DNA of 34,265 nt from Nanobdellota archaeon (GTDB taxonomy: Archaea > Aenigmatarchaeota > Aenigmatarchaeia > Aenigmatarchaeales > SZUA-1535): assembly GCA_015661515.1 (NCBI GenBank), contig DQVX01000067.1, forward strand, positions 1-34,265, read 5' to 3'. Numbering within the stretch: the first letter of the stretch is position 1; each line of letters starts with the position of its first letter. A program made the translations under genes and the position numbers. Shown one piece after another: positions 10,392-21,328 of this stretch. Below the pieces are notes generated by a model. The model ran no database searches, was not told where the DNA came from, and saw only the letters and a program-made list of their open reading frames with translations.

Positions 10392-10705
10392 TTAACCACC
10401 GTATTAATTAAAATTTTAAGCCCATGCTCTACAAGTTTTTCTTTGTTTTCATTAAACTTTTTCTCAAGCTCTTTAACCTTTTTTTGAGCTTGATTTAACA
10501 TGTTTTCAATTTCTTTTTCAATTTCTTTCTTAGCATTTTCTATAATTTCTTTTTCTTGTTTTTCAGCTTCCTCCTCAGCCATTGCTATTATTTCTTGCGC
10601 TTCTTTTAAAGCTTTTTCAATTAATTTTTTCTTTTCCTCCTCAGCCATTGCTATTATTTTTTCAGCTTCCTCCTCAGCCCTTTTTATTTTAAGGAGCTCT
10701 TCCAT
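10388..10705 (-). CDS. atpH: A-type ATP synthase subunit H
   Basis: 105-aa Glu/Lys-rich coiled coil at the head of the operon, in the canonical H-I-K order. AGGTG lies 6 nt upstream of the ATG. Confidence 0.75.
   Translation of the reverse strand: MEELLKIKRAEEEAEKIIAMAEEEKKKLIEKALKEAQEIIAMAEEEAEKQEKEIIENAKKEIEKEIENMLNQAQKKVKELEKKFNENKEKLVEHGLKILINTVVK
10562..10679. repeat. imperfect internal direct repeats inside atpH (66-nt period; three copies of CCTCCTCAGCC)
   Basis: CCTCCTCAGCCATTGCTATTATTT occurs at 10570..10593 and again at 10636..10659. TTCAGCTTCCTCCTCAGCC occurs at 10562..10580 and 10661..10679. These encode the repeated IIAMAEEE / AEEEAEK segments. Confidence 0.85.
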
Positions 10706-10794
10706 ACTTTACACCTTTTTGGCTAAATTTAAATAATAAAATAAGATATATAAAATTATTGACTGGTATATATCACTATATAGAAAGTGGTAAA

Positions 10795-11730
10795 ATGGAA
10801 GAAAGAAAACTTCAAGAAACAGGGCATGGAACATTGATTGTATCTCTTCCTAAGAAATGGATAAAATTAAACAAACTTCATAAAGGAGACATAGTAATAG
10901 TTACTTATTACAAGGATTATTTGATAATTTCTATACCAAAATCCGAAAAATTACAAACAACAATAAAATTTCTGGACATAGAAACAACTTTTAGAGAAAT
11001 AGTTTCAAAGTATATTCAAGGTTTTGATAAAATACATTTAGTTGCAAGTTCTTCACAATGGAAAGAATTAAAAAAAGTAAGGGAATATATACTAAAAAAA
11101 CTTCCTGGAGTTGAAGTAACAGATACTGAAAATGGTATACTTATAGAAATTGTAGCTTCTACAGAAAATTATGGAATAGAAAGAATTATTGAAAGAATAA
11201 ATTCGAATTTAAGATGGATGATATTATCAATAAAGCAAGCTTTAGAAACAAAAGATATAGAACTTCTTAAAGAAGTTTGTGAAAAAGATGATGAAATAGA
11301 TAGGTTAAATTTGCTTGCTAATAGATACATTTTTTCAATTCTCAAAAATCCAGAGTTTTTTAAGCTAAGAGAAAAAATTATATATTTCAAAATAATTTTA
11401 GATAAGTTTGAATCTATAGGAGATAGCATTGAATCTTTAGCAAGAAATTTGATTTTTGTAGTGCAAAATAAAAACTTGCCTATGAAAAAATTTTCAAAAG
11501 TTCTTACTTTAATGGAAAAGCTTATCTCAGATGTTATAAAGGCTTTTTTTAACTTGGATAAACAACTCGCAAACGAAATAATATTTCGAGGGAATAATTT
11601 TTCAAAAATAGCTTTGTCTCAATTGAGAAATATTTCGATTTCAGAGAACTTTGTTATAGCTGTGGAAAACCTTTCACATATTGGGCAATTATGTAAAGAA
11701 GCTGGGGAAGCTATAATAGATTTTGTTTAA
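10795..11730 (+). CDS. PhoU-family regulator with N-terminal AbrB/SpoVT DNA-binding domain
   Basis: GTLIVSLPKKWIKLNKLHKGDIV is a SpoVT/AbrB swapped-hairpin signature. It is followed by PhoU-like helical repeats (EKDDEIDRLNLL). Start taken at ATG 10795 (MEERK). The track TTG at 10759 would include the TATATAT promoter-like element. Confidence 0.75.
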   Translation: MEERKLQETGHGTLIVSLPKKWIKLNKLHKGDIVIVTYYKDYLIISIPKSEKLQTTIKFLDIETTFREIVSKYIQGFDKIHLVASSSQWKELKKVREYILKKLPGVEVTDTENGILIEIVASTENYGIERIIERINSNLRWMILSIKQALETKDIELLKEVCEKDDEIDRLNLLANRYIFSILKNPEFFKLREKIIYFKIILDKFESIGDSIESLARNLIFVVQNKNLPMKKFSKVLTLMEKLISDVIKAFFNLDKQLANEIIFRGNNFSKIALSQLRNISISENFVIAVENLSHIGQLCKEAGEAIIDFV

Positions 11731-12323
11731 GATTTTTCTTCACTTTCTTTTTCTATTTTCATTTCTTTTGGAAGTTCAGGTAAAATTCTTACTTGAATTC
11801 CAATTACTCCTGGTTTTAGTTCTGCTCTTGCATAACCTGTGCGTACAAGTGTTTCTGCGTATTCTCCAGCATATTTAAGATATCCTGCAAAGAATTTTTC
11901 TGTTCTTGCTAATTCTCCAGATAATTTTCCTGAAATAGTTATACAACAACCAGCTGCTTTTTCCATTATTCTTCTTAGCATTACATGAGCAACTTTTTTG
12001 TAATTAATTCCTCTTTCTAAAGCTCTTGCAATTTCTCTTGCCATTACTTGAGCATCAAGCTCAGGAACTTCTACTTCGCGAACATCAAGATTTATGTTAT
12101 CTAATCCAAAATTCTTTTTTATTTCACTTACTATTTTATCTATATTTCTTCCTCTTCTTCCTATAACTAAACCAGGGCGTGCTGCATAAACAACTATTCT
12201 TAGTCCTAAAGGTGTTCTTTGTATTTCGCAATGTGAATACCCAGCCCTATCAAAGAGTTTTTCTAAATATTCTTCAATTTGAGCTCTTTTTATTCCTTCT
12301 ACAATAAATTCTTTTTCTTTCAT
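11727..12323 (-). CDS. rps3: 30S ribosomal protein uS3
   Basis: KH-domain region LGLRIVVYAARPGLVIGRRGRNI. Follows uL22. Confidence 0.93.
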   Translation of the reverse strand: MKEKEFIVEGIKRAQIEEYLEKLFDRAGYSHCEIQRTPLGLRIVVYAARPGLVIGRRGRNIDKIVSEIKKNFGLDNINLDVREVEVPELDAQVMAREIARALERGINYKKVAHVMLRRIMEKAAGCCITISGKLSGELARTEKFFAGYLKYAGEYAETLVRTGYARAELKPGVIGIQVRILPELPKEMKIEKESEEKS

Positions 12324-12706
12324 CTTTTTTCCACCACTAATTTTATATGTGCTATTTTAAGTTTTGAACCAAAACTACTTTTTCTTCTTCTTCTATATAT
12401 AGTTGGACCTTTATTTACAGATAAACATTTTATCCATAAATTTTCTATATCGAATCCTCTAAATTTAGCATTTGCTTCTACACTTTTAAAAATTCTTAAA
12501 AGAGCTTTAGCTGTTTTTGTATAAAGCTTACCATTTACATTTACTTCTTCGTTTACAAGCTTTTCTAAAAATTCCTTCGCTTTTGTAAATTTTTTATATC
12601 TTCTTACAACATACCTTGCAAGCTCGACTCCTTTTTTCCATGAAATATTCTCGGTTGTTTGAGCATACACCATTTTTTCTTTATCAATAGGCACAGGATA
12701 TCCCAT
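12320..12706 (-). CDS. rpl22: 50S ribosomal protein uL22
   Basis: Sits between uS19 and uS3, with size and Lys/Arg-rich composition as expected. Start at ATG 12706, 6 nt after AGGTG. The track GTG at 12715 is inside the SD. Confidence 0.88.
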   Translation of the reverse strand: MGYPVPIDKEKMVYAQTTENISWKKGVELARYVVRRYKKFTKAKEFLEKLVNEEVNVNGKLYTKTAKALLRIFKSVEANAKFRGFDIENLWIKCLSVNKGPTIYRRRRKSSFGSKLKIAHIKLVVEKR

Positions 12707-12717
12707 AGGCAGCACCT

Positions 12718-13107
12718 TTACTTAACAGAGACGAACTTACTTGATCTTGTAGCACCTATTCCTGGTGCAGAGTGTTTTACAGGTTTGCGTGTAGGAGCAA
12801 ATTCTCCAAGTCTATGGCCTATCATTTCAGGTGTAATTTTTACAGGTACAAATTCTTTTCCGTTATGTACTCCAATTGTTAAACCAACCATTTCAGGAAG
12901 AATAACCATATCACGACAATGAGTTTTTATAAATTTATTTGTACCTTTATACTTTCTTATTTTTTGTAAAAGCTTTTTCTCTGCTTCAGTAAAACCACGG
13001 CGAAGTTTTCTTCTTATTCTTGCAGTTGTTATTTTAGCAAATTCATCTAATGACATTTTCTGAAGCTCTTCTAAAGTATAACCTTTATAGGTAAATACTC
13101 TAGCCAT
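12718..13107 (-). CDS. rps19: 30S ribosomal protein uS19
   Basis: Motifs [29 protein letters not shown] and [13 protein letters not shown]. Start at ATG 13107 (MARVF), 5 nt after GAGGTGA. Confidence 0.93.
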   Translation of the reverse strand: MARVFTYKGYTLEELQKMSLDEFAKITTARIRRKLRRGFTEAEKKLLQKIRKYKGTNKFIKTHCRDMVILPEMVGLTIGVHNGKEFVPVKITPEMIGHRLGEFAPTRKPVKHSAPGIGATRSSKFVSVK

Positions 13108-13112
13108 AATTA

Positions 13113-13826
13113 TCACCTCTTATCTTTACCTGTTTTTCTAATACCAGTTCGTCTTGCAGCTATACTACCAACTTTTGCTCCAGGAGGAGCATGTCTTGAA
13201 ACAGTTTTAGGCTGCCCTGGACCAGTTTGTCCACCAAAAGGATGATCTACAGCATTCATTTTACATGGACTTGTTCTTGGCCAAAGTTTATTTCGAGCTT
13301 TCATAGCATAATATTTTTGTCCTGCTTTTACAAACGGTTTATCTTTTCTTCCTCCACCTGCAGGAATTCCAACTGTTGCTAAGCATCTACCATCAAATTC
13401 TTTAAATTTACCAGAGGGCATTTTAACAACTACAGTTTCTTCTGTTTTTGAAACAACAACAGCATAACTTCCACTTGCTCTGCAAAATTTTGGTCCAGAG
13501 CCAGGAAATGCTTCTATTCCACAAACAGGCGTTCCTGTAGGAATTTGGGAAAGTGGTGCAATACTTTTCGATGAAAAACTTCCTATAGTTATAGTATCTC
13601 CTACCATTAGCCCTTCTGTAGCAATTATAAGTGTTTCTTTTCCATCAGGTAAAGTAACAATAGCTACAGGTGCATTTCTTCCAGGATCATGAACAATATC
13701 TTTAACAATAGCATTTACAGGTTGAGATACATTAATATACCTAACTTTTCCTACATATCTATGCGAAGGTGCACGGTAAGTAGGTGAGCCTTTCCCACGG
13801 CGTTGAGCTATAATCCTTTTTCCCAT
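13113..13826 (-). CDS. rpl2: 50S ribosomal protein uL2
   Basis: [15 protein letters not shown]-terminus and [18 protein letters not shown] motif. Start at ATG 13826. The track GTG at 13835 is inside the SD AGGTGGGG. Confidence 0.95.
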   Translation of the reverse strand: MGKRIIAQRRGKGSPTYRAPSHRYVGKVRYINVSQPVNAIVKDIVHDPGRNAPVAIVTLPDGKETLIIATEGLMVGDTITIGSFSSKSIAPLSQIPTGTPVCGIEAFPGSGPKFCRASGSYAVVVSKTEETVVVKMPSGKFKEFDGRCLATVGIPAGGGRKDKPFVKAGQKYYAMKARNKLWPRTSPCKMNAVDHPFGGQTGPGQPKTVSRHAPPGAKVGSIAARRTGIRKTGKDKR

Positions 13827-13836
13827 TATCCCCACC

Positions 13837-14106
13837 TTATATCATTCCTAATCTTGTAGCTATATCTGAAGCTTTATATTCTTTTGAAAGTTTTACATAA
13901 GCTTTTTTTCTACCTTTTCTATCTATAAGAGTTCTAACTTCTTCTACTTTTACTTCAAAAAGTTTTTCAACAGCTTTAGCTATTTGCTTTTTTGTTGCAC
14001 TTCTATCTACTATAAAAACTATTTTATTTTGCGTTTCTATAAGCCCAACAGCTTTTTCCGTGAGTAAAGGATATTTTATAATTTTAAACGGATCAAAGTT
14101 ATACAT
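13837..14106 (-). CDS. rpl23: 50S ribosomal protein uL23
   Basis: 89 aa with [12 protein letters not shown] and [24 protein letters not shown]. Sits between uL4 and uL2. Confidence 0.92.
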   Translation of the reverse strand: MYNFDPFKIIKYPLLTEKAVGLIETQNKIVFIVDRSATKKQIAKAVEKLFEVKVEEVRTLIDRKGRKKAYVKLSKEYKASDIATRLGMI

Positions 14107-14108
14107 AG

Positions 14109-14909
14109 CTATTCACCTAACCTCTTTTTAAGCACCTCAATTGCAGATTTACTCCATATTGTAATTCTTCCTGGATGTGCTCCAGGAGCAAGATGCTCTG
14201 CATTAAGGTCTTTTGCCGAAACTACATCTACACCAGGAATATTTTCAGCAGCTTTGGCAAGAGGAACATTTTTATGGGAAACAACAAAAAGTACAGATTT
14301 TTTCTTTTTATATCTTCTCCCACGCATTTTACCTTTTCCTGCTCTTACTTTTTTCTTTTTAGCTCTTTCGAGTTCTTTTTCTAATCCTATTTTTTTCAAA
14401 AATTCTTCAACTTCTTTTGTTCTTTTAATTTGTTCAACAGAGTCTTCAACAATTATAGGAAGCTCACCTTCATATTTATGTCCACGTTTTTTAACAATTT
14501 CAGGAATGGCAGTAGCAGAAATTGCAGAAATAAGAGCTAATAGTTTTTCTTTTTTGTTTATTTTTTGTTTCCATATTTTCTCAGCTTTTGGAGGATGAGC
14601 TCTTCTTCCACCAACAGCTTGAGGCACAAATCTTGCTCTAAAGTTTAGATGAGGAGAAGAATTATGAATTCTTGGCACTCTTGCAAGCTCACGATTCATC
14701 ATTGTCCATCTTCTATCTCTTCTTCCGTGATAATGGGCGCTTGTTCTTTTTCCAGCAAGAGGATCTGCACCATAAGGTTGGCGTCTATTTGCTTGGAAAG
14801 CAAGAACACAACGTCTTATAATATCTTCTCTTACAGGTTGAGAGAAAAAGCTAGGTAAATTTATTTTTTCTACAACTTTTCCTTCTATGTTAAGTACATT
14901 TGCTTGCAT
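14109..14909 (-). CDS. rpl4: 50S ribosomal protein uL4
   Basis: 266 aa with [20 protein letters not shown] and [14 protein letters not shown] motifs. Sits between uL3 and uL23. Confidence 0.93.
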   Translation of the reverse strand: MQANVLNIEGKVVEKINLPSFFSQPVREDIIRRCVLAFQANRRQPYGADPLAGKRTSAHYHGRRDRRWTMMNRELARVPRIHNSSPHLNFRARFVPQAVGGRRAHPPKAEKIWKQKINKKEKLLALISAISATAIPEIVKKRGHKYEGELPIIVEDSVEQIKRTKEVEEFLKKIGLEKELERAKKKKVRAGKGKMRGRRYKKKKSVLFVVSHKNVPLAKAAENIPGVDVVSAKDLNAEHLAPGAHPGRITIWSKSAIEVLKKRLGE

Positions 14910-14923
14910 TTTTTAACACCTAA

Positions 14924-15886
14924 TTACTGTTTTGGTGCCAAAGATATATAAGCTATATTTATTGGTGGGTTCTTTTCAGGCGGTCTTATAGCAAAGCGCA
15001 TTCTTATTAATCTTTTCTTTGGTCCAGGAACAGAGCCTTTAACAAGCACGCCTATTGTTTTCAATATTCCATAATGAGGGAATCCGCCTTTTGGATTTAT
15101 TTCTTCAGGTTTAACTATTTTAATTATTCTTTTATTTAGCTCTGTTCTTGTTTGGAATCCATGCTGCCCAGCTGCTGGAACTGTTGGAAGTACACGTCCA
15201 CGACCTCGGCTACCAAGTGCTCCTACATGTCTATGCATTTGTTTCATTTTTCTTCCATGTAGCTTTATTCCAAATCTTTTTACAGGCCCTTCAAACCCAT
15301 GTCCTTTGGTTACTGCAGTTACATCTATCCAATCCCCTTCTTTAAATACATCTGTAACATTAAGTTGTTTTCCTAATAAACTTTTTGCATATTCAAACTG
15401 AGCCTCTGGTGAACCTGCAATACCTATTTCAAAAATTTCAGGTGTTTTTTTGAAAGTAGGATTAGTATGGCATATTAATCTAACTTTAGCAACTTTTTCA
15501 ATATCTACATCTTCAGGATTTATTTTAGGAATTTTTCCTTTTCCAAGCGTTGTTTTTCTTCTCAGCTTAGAATCAAGGTTTTCTGCAAATATGTCGCAAA
15601 GTGTTTTCAAACCTTCGTAAGTTTGCTTATAGCATCTAAATCCAAAAACAGTAAGAGGTGGGCATTCTATAACAGTAACAGGTGTAAAAACTTTCATTCC
15701 ATATGTAGGAGAGTTTTTATCTTCATCTACAAGTAGCACATGTGTCATTCCTGCTTTATATCCTGCGAATCCTAAAGCTTTTGGCTCACCTTCTATTTCT
15801 GGGAAATTTTGCCTTGGATAAATACGTTTAGCTCTTTTTCTTGGATAAAATGCTCTCGAACCTCTTTTTGGTCTACTTTCTCTCAT
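14924..15886 (-). CDS. rpl3: 50S ribosomal protein uL3
   Basis: RPKRGSRAFYPRKRA N-terminal motif, plus AGYKAGMTHV and TKGHGFEGPVKRFG. Start at ATG 15886, 5 nt after AGGTGA. The track GTG at 15895 is inside the SD. Confidence 0.95.
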   Translation of the reverse strand: MRESRPKRGSRAFYPRKRAKRIYPRQNFPEIEGEPKALGFAGYKAGMTHVLLVDEDKNSPTYGMKVFTPVTVIECPPLTVFGFRCYKQTYEGLKTLCDIFAENLDSKLRRKTTLGKGKIPKINPEDVDIEKVAKVRLICHTNPTFKKTPEIFEIGIAGSPEAQFEYAKSLLGKQLNVTDVFKEGDWIDVTAVTKGHGFEGPVKRFGIKLHGRKMKQMHRHVGALGSRGRGRVLPTVPAAGQHGFQTRTELNKRIIKIVKPEEINPKGGFPHYGILKTIGVLVKGSVPGPKKRLIRMRFAIRPPEKNPPINIAYISLAPKQ

Positions 15887-16038
15887 TCGCTTCACCTAAA
15901 AACTTTATTGAGTTTGAAAAGAAAGGTATTTAAATTTTTTTATGATATGTGCGAGTAAATTTATTAATTTTTAGAACAGAAACTGTTACTTTGGTATCTT
16001 AAAAGTTATTTATAAAGTCTGAAGTTGTATAATTCTTT

Positions 16039-17760
16039 ATGATAGAGAATGTTTTTGTTGAATTAAGCATAATCATAATTCTTGCAGTAATAATTTCTGG
16101 GATTATGAAATTTTTAAAACAGCCACTAATAATTGGATATATTCTTACAGGAATTTTAGCTGGCCCACTTTTTCTTAACATAGTTAAGCCACATGATGTA
16201 ATAACAACTCTTTCCCAGTTTGGAATAGTATTCTTGTTATTTATAGCAGGTTTAAGTTTAAACCCAAAGGTATTGAAAAGTGTAGGTAAAGTTTCTCTTA
16301 TAACAGGCTTAGGGCAAATATTATTTACTACTATTATAGGCTTTATAATTGCAAAACTTTTGGGATTTTCGGATATAGAAGCATTGTACATAGCTGTAGC
16401 ATTAACTTTTAGCAGCACTATTATAATAGTAAAATTACTTTCTGATAAAAATGATCTTCAAAGTCTTTACGGAAGAATCTCTTTAGGTTTTCTTATTGTA
16501 CAAGACATAGTTGCGATATTTATTTTAATGGTAATTTCTTCTTTAAACAATGCTATTGATGTTATAAATTTTGTTATGAAAACAATTTTAACAGGGATAG
16601 GTTTGCTTGTTTTTATAGGATTTTTAAGCGTATTTGTTTTACCAAGAATCATTAATATTGTTGCAAAATCACAAGAATTTTTGCTTTTGTTTTCAATAGC
16701 ATGGCTTCTGTTTATAACTATTATTTTCCATTACTTCAATTTCTCAATAGAAATTGGGGCATTGATTGCTGGTATTTCTCTTTCTATGTCTCCTTATCAT
16801 TTTGAAATTAAATCTAAAATGTCTGTACTAAGAGATTTCTTTATTCTTTTCTTTTTTGTTTTACTCGGTTCGCAAATAAGTATTATGAATGTTTCACAAT
16901 TTTTATTACCTATTCTAATTTTTTCTTTATTCATTCTTATCGGAAATCCACTTATAGTAATGTTTTTAATGGGGTTGCTTAGATATACAAAAAGAACAGG
17001 ATTTTTAGCAGGCTTAACTGTAGCTCAAATAAGTGAGTTTTCCTTAATATTAATAGCTTTGGGTGTTAAAGTAGGGCATTTATCTAATGATATATTAGCT
17101 ATGGTAACAACCATAGGATTAATAACAATGTTTGTTTCTACTTATATGATAATTCATGCTAACAAACTATATTGCTATCTTTCTAAATATCTAAACATTT
17201 TTGAAAGAAAAGGAAGAAAAATCGATGAACATATTCATCACAAAGGTAAGCACTACGATATTATTTTATTCGGTTGTAATAGAATAGGATGGAGTTTGCT
17301 TAAATCTCTTAAAAAGGTTAGTAAAAACTTACTTATTGTGGATTATGATCCTGAAATAATAATTTCCTTAGCAAAAAAAGGATATGAATGTAGGTATGGA
17401 GATGCAAATGATATAGAATTCCTAAACAAATTGGATTTCTCTAAAACAAAAATGGTGATTTCAACAATTCCAGATATAGAAACTAATTTGTTGCTTATAA
17501 GAAAAATTAAAGAAGTCAATAAAAAAGCTATAATAATTATTGTTTCTCATCAAATCGAAGAAGCTTTGAAATTATATGAAAGTGGAGCAACATATGTTAT
17601 AATGCCATATTTCTTAGGCGCTCAACATGCATCAACGTTAATAGAAAAATATGGAATGGATTTAAGAAAGTTCCTTGAAGAAAAATCAAAGCAAATAGCT
17701 CATTTGAAGACAAGAATTAAATTGAAACATGAACATCCTAAAGCAGAAAGACATAGATAA
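16039..17760 (+). CDS. Kef-type monovalent cation:proton antiporter (CPA2) with C-terminal RCK/TrkA-N domain
   Basis: About 12 TM segments of a Na/H-exchanger-like region, followed by a Rossmann-like IILFGCNRIGWSL ... DANDIEFL domain. 573 aa. Confidence 0.85.
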   Translation: MIENVFVELSIIIILAVIISGIMKFLKQPLIIGYILTGILAGPLFLNIVKPHDVITTLSQFGIVFLLFIAGLSLNPKVLKSVGKVSLITGLGQILFTTIIGFIIAKLLGFSDIEALYIAVALTFSSTIIIVKLLSDKNDLQSLYGRISLGFLIVQDIVAIFILMVISSLNNAIDVINFVMKTILTGIGLLVFIGFLSVFVLPRIINIVAKSQEFLLLFSIAWLLFITIIFHYFNFSIEIGALIAGISLSMSPYHFEIKSKMSVLRDFFILFFFVLLGSQISIMNVSQFLLPILIFSLFILIGNPLIVMFLMGLLRYTKRTGFLAGLTVAQISEFSLILIALGVKVGHLSNDILAMVTTIGLITMFVSTYMIIHANKLYCYLSKYLNIFERKGRKIDEHIHHKGKHYDIILFGCNRIGWSLLKSLKKVSKNLLIVDYDPEIIISLAKKGYECRYGDANDIEFLNKLDFSKTKMVISTIPDIETNLLLIRKIKEVNKKAIIIIVSHQIEEALKLYESGATYVIMPYFLGAQHASTLIEKYGMDLRKFLEEKSKQIAHLKTRIKLKHEHPKAERHR

Positions 17761-17792
17761 TTTTAAAATTTTTTCAATAATTTAATTTTCAC

Positions 17793-18149
17793 ATGAAAAT
17801 AGTTATTGATACAAATTTTTGGATATATGCAGTGCTTTATAAGATAAGAATATTCGAAGAGCTATTAGGCTATGAAATATATACCTTAGACAAAGTTTTA
17901 CAAGAATTAAAGCAAATTTCAAAAAAGAAAACAAAACAAGCTATAGCTTCTAAAATTGCTCTTGGAATGATTGAAAAATTTAATGTGAAAATTATAAATG
18001 CTCCTAAATCTGCAGACGAAAAATTGGTTGAACTCGCAACACAAGGTTTTATAATAGCAACAAATGATGCTGAACTTGTGAAAAAAATAAAAAATTTAGG
18101 TGGAAAAGTAGCTCAAATTCGTCAGAAAAAGTACATTGAATTTCTTTAA
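17793..18149 (+). CDS. PIN-domain protein (Fcf1/COG1412-like)
   Basis: MKIVIDTNFWIY (first acidic PIN motif) and IIATNDAELVKKIK (C-terminal acidic motif). 118 aa. Confidence 0.75.
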   Translation: MKIVIDTNFWIYAVLYKIRIFEELLGYEIYTLDKVLQELKQISKKKTKQAIASKIALGMIEKFNVKIINAPKSADEKLVELATQGFIIATNDAELVKKIKNLGGKVAQIRQKKYIEFL

Positions 18150-18948
18150 AATAGTTTTCCACCTATAAAAGCTAAAAGACCTAAAAACATAGAAATTTTC
18201 GACCATTTTACTGCTTTGCTTGGAGAAATAAGAGAAAGAACACAGGTATAAGCAAAACTTAATACACAAGGGAGTACTAATAAAAGATACGCATCACTGA
18301 AAATTCCTAGTAAATACGGAAGAGGTGCTAAAGCAATTGAGCAGAGCATAAAGCTTATAGAAAAAATACTTGCTTCGAATTTTCCTATAGCTACGGCAAG
18401 CGTTTTTATATTAGCTTTTTTATCACCTTCAAAATCTTCGACATCTTTTATTATTTCCCTTCCTATATTCGAAACAAAAGCCAAAAGAGATAAAACTATT
18501 GGTGCAGGGTTTTGCGAAATTATTCCACCGTAAAGAAATATAGAAGCCACTAAATAAGCTATTACAAGGTTTTTAATAAATATTATTCTTTTTAGTTTAA
18601 ATGAATAAAGTATAAGAAGAATAGAATTGAAAAAAGCCAAAAGAAAAGCATTAATTCCTAAAAAAAGAGAGGTAATTATTCCAATACAAAAGAAAATTGA
18701 AGAAAAAATTACTAAAAGTTTGCTATATTTTTTTGTTATTTTCCATTTTTGAGGCTTATTTATTTTATCAATTTCAATATCAAAAAAATCGTTTATTAAC
18801 ATCCCTCCTGCGCATATAAAAAATACAGAAACAAATGCTAAAAGAAATATATTAAACTCTGAAACATCTCCTATCCATAAAGAAAAAATTATAGCTAAAC
18901 CAGCCATTAAGCAATTTACTGGCCTTAAAAGTAAAATAAAATCTTTCA

Positions 18949-18949
<1 letters not shown>
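18146..18949 (-). CDS. UbiA-family prenyltransferase, digeranylgeranylglyceryl phosphate synthase-like
   Basis: First Asp-rich motif NDFFDIEIDKINKP and second motif KDVEDFEGDKKANIKTLAV. Polytopic membrane protein of 267 aa. Confidence 0.82.
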
Positions 18950-19702
<753 letters not shown>

Positions 19703-19705
19703 ATT

Positions 19706-20149
19706 TCATATCATTCTTTCAAGAAGCTCATTTATAGCAGAACCTCTATATCCAAGTTCACCTTTTGGGTAATGTTCTTTTATAGATTTTTTAAATCCCT
19801 TGGAAGGAGGTGCAAGCCTAAAAACAGGTTTTAAACCAAGTCTTATTAATACTTTTGCCGGCTGTTCTTCACTCTTTTTAAGTTCTTGTAATACCTTTTC
19901 TACTTCTTCTTTACTAAGTCTTTTATCTCCAATTTTTCTTCCACGTTTTTCTATTAGCTTTTTCAATGTTTCTTCTGAAATTTCACCCCATGTAATATAA
20001 TCTTTAGCTTTTTGAAGCATTCCTTTTATAGAATCATTTAATTTAAAAAGCACACAATGATGTTTACGATGTAATCTAAGCATTTTTAAAGTATCTTGTA
20101 TATCCCTTCTTACACCAACTCTTCCACGAATCCTTATTACTGCAATCAC
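19706..20149 (-). CDS. rpl30: 50S ribosomal protein uL30
   Basis: (M)IAVIRIRGRVGVRRDIQDTLKMLRL. GTG start 6 nt after GGTGA, with a GTGA overlap onto the uS5 stop. Confidence 0.92.
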   Translation of the reverse strand: MIAVIRIRGRVGVRRDIQDTLKMLRLHRKHHCVLFKLNDSIKGMLQKAKDYITWGEISEETLKKLIEKRGRKIGDKRLSKEEVEKVLQELKKSEEQPAKVLIRLGLKPVFRLAPPSKGFKKSIKEHYPKGELGYRGSAINELLERMI

Positions 20150-20832
20150 TCTTTCTCACCTATTATACCAGATTTTATTTTAAATTCTTCTGGAAGCTTA
20201 TATCTATGAAGAGATTTAAGAGCATCAAAAACTGCTCTTACAAAATTTATTCTTGTTCTTGTATCTCCACGTGATTTCATCCATATATCTTGGATTCCTG
20301 CTAAGCGTAAAAGCTTTTTAATTTCATCAGGAGCACATAATCCAAGACCACGAGGAGCAGGCATTAGTTTTACTCTTACAGATCCACATTTTCCTGTAAC
20401 AGTTAATGGTATAGAATGTTTTTCTCCACATCTACATTCCCAAGAACCACAACCTCTTAAAATAGGAATAATATTTTTCTTAGCTTCTCTTACAGCTTTT
20501 TCATAAACTTCTCTTTGCTTACCCATAGGTCCTGCTCCAAGTCCTATTCCAACCCAACCATCTTCATTTCCAACTGCTACAAGCATAGAAATTTTATGTC
20601 TTCTTCCGCTCTTGTGCATGCGTGTTGTTCTTCTTACAGGAACTCTTTTCTTTCCTCCACCTTTTCCTGAAGAACCTCCTATAAGAAAGATTTCTACTTT
20701 AAGATTAGGAAGAAGAAAATCCACTATTTCAGGTTCCATTATTCTATACCCTTTAAGGAAAACCTCATCTAAGCTATTTATTTCTCCATTTAATACTTTT
20801 CTTCCTAACTCTGTTTTAGGAACCCATTCCAT
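20146..20832 (-). CDS. rps5: 30S ribosomal protein uS5
   Basis: GGGKKRVPVRRTTRMHKSGRR and VAVGNEDGWVGIGLG motifs. Start at ATG 20832 (MEWVPKTELGRKV), 6 nt after GAGGTG. Confidence 0.93.
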   Translation of the reverse strand: MEWVPKTELGRKVLNGEINSLDEVFLKGYRIMEPEIVDFLLPNLKVEIFLIGGSSGKGGGKKRVPVRRTTRMHKSGRRHKISMLVAVGNEDGWVGIGLGAGPMGKQREVYEKAVREAKKNIIPILRGCGSWECRCGEKHSIPLTVTGKCGSVRVKLMPAPRGLGLCAPDEIKKLLRLAGIQDIWMKSRGDTRTRINFVRAVFDALKSLHRYKLPEEFKIKSGIIGEKE

Positions 20833-21328
20833 TGAAAGCACCTCTTATTCTTTCAGCAACTTCTTTTACTTTTTTTTCCATATCTTCTGATATATGTTTT
20901 CCATATATTCTTTCTTCTGAAGGTAAAATTTCTTCTGAATGAGGAACATGAATTCCTGCATCAAGCACACCTTTAAGAGCAGCATATATTCTTCCTCCTT
21001 TTGTAGATGTTTGCAAACCTATATCTAAAACACCTTCTTTTATTCCAGCTTTTTTAGCTTTAAGCCCAGCTAATAAACCTGTTAAATATGCAGCAGGAAC
21101 ATTACCACAGTAATGATCCCAACCATATTTTGCAAGCTCTTTTGAAAATGCCTGAACTATAGTATGATCACCTTCTCCAGTCCATTTTATAAACTGTACA
21201 CGCATATGCTTTAAAGATTTTCTTACAACTACTCTTATTTTCCCTGATTTAAGCAATTTTAATCTTTTTCTATAATTAGTTTTTAGTTCTCTTCTTCTCC
21301 TATGTTTTACTACATATCCTTTTTTCAT
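20816..21328 (-). CDS. rpl18: 50S ribosomal protein uL18
   Basis: HRRRRELKTNYRKRLKLLKSGKIRVVVRKSLKHMRVQ. ATGA overlap with the eL19 stop. AGGTGA lies 6 nt upstream. Confidence 0.93.
   Translation of the reverse strand: MKKGYVVKHRRRRELKTNYRKRLKLLKSGKIRVVVRKSLKHMRVQFIKWTGEGDHTIVQAFSKELAKYGWDHYCGNVPAAYLTGLLAGLKAKKAGIKEGVLDIGLQTSTKGGRIYAALKGVLDAGIHVPHSEEILPSEERIYGKHISEDMEKKVKEVAERIRGAFNGMGS

Noticed and set aside
15887-15895. Three-codon N-terminal extensions starting at GTG in the track ORFs for uL3, and likewise for uL2, uS19, uL22, uS8, uS5, atpK and M50.
   Set aside because: The GTG is part of the Shine-Dalgarno sequence (A)GGTGA. A proper ATG follows 5-6 nt later and gives the family-typical N-terminus.
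15940-16025. Possible C/D box sRNA in the rpl3/kef intergenic region (ATGATA ... CTGA).
   Set aside because: The C box deviates from RUGAUGA, there are no terminal pairings and no clear C'/D' boxes. The region is better explained as two divergent promoters.
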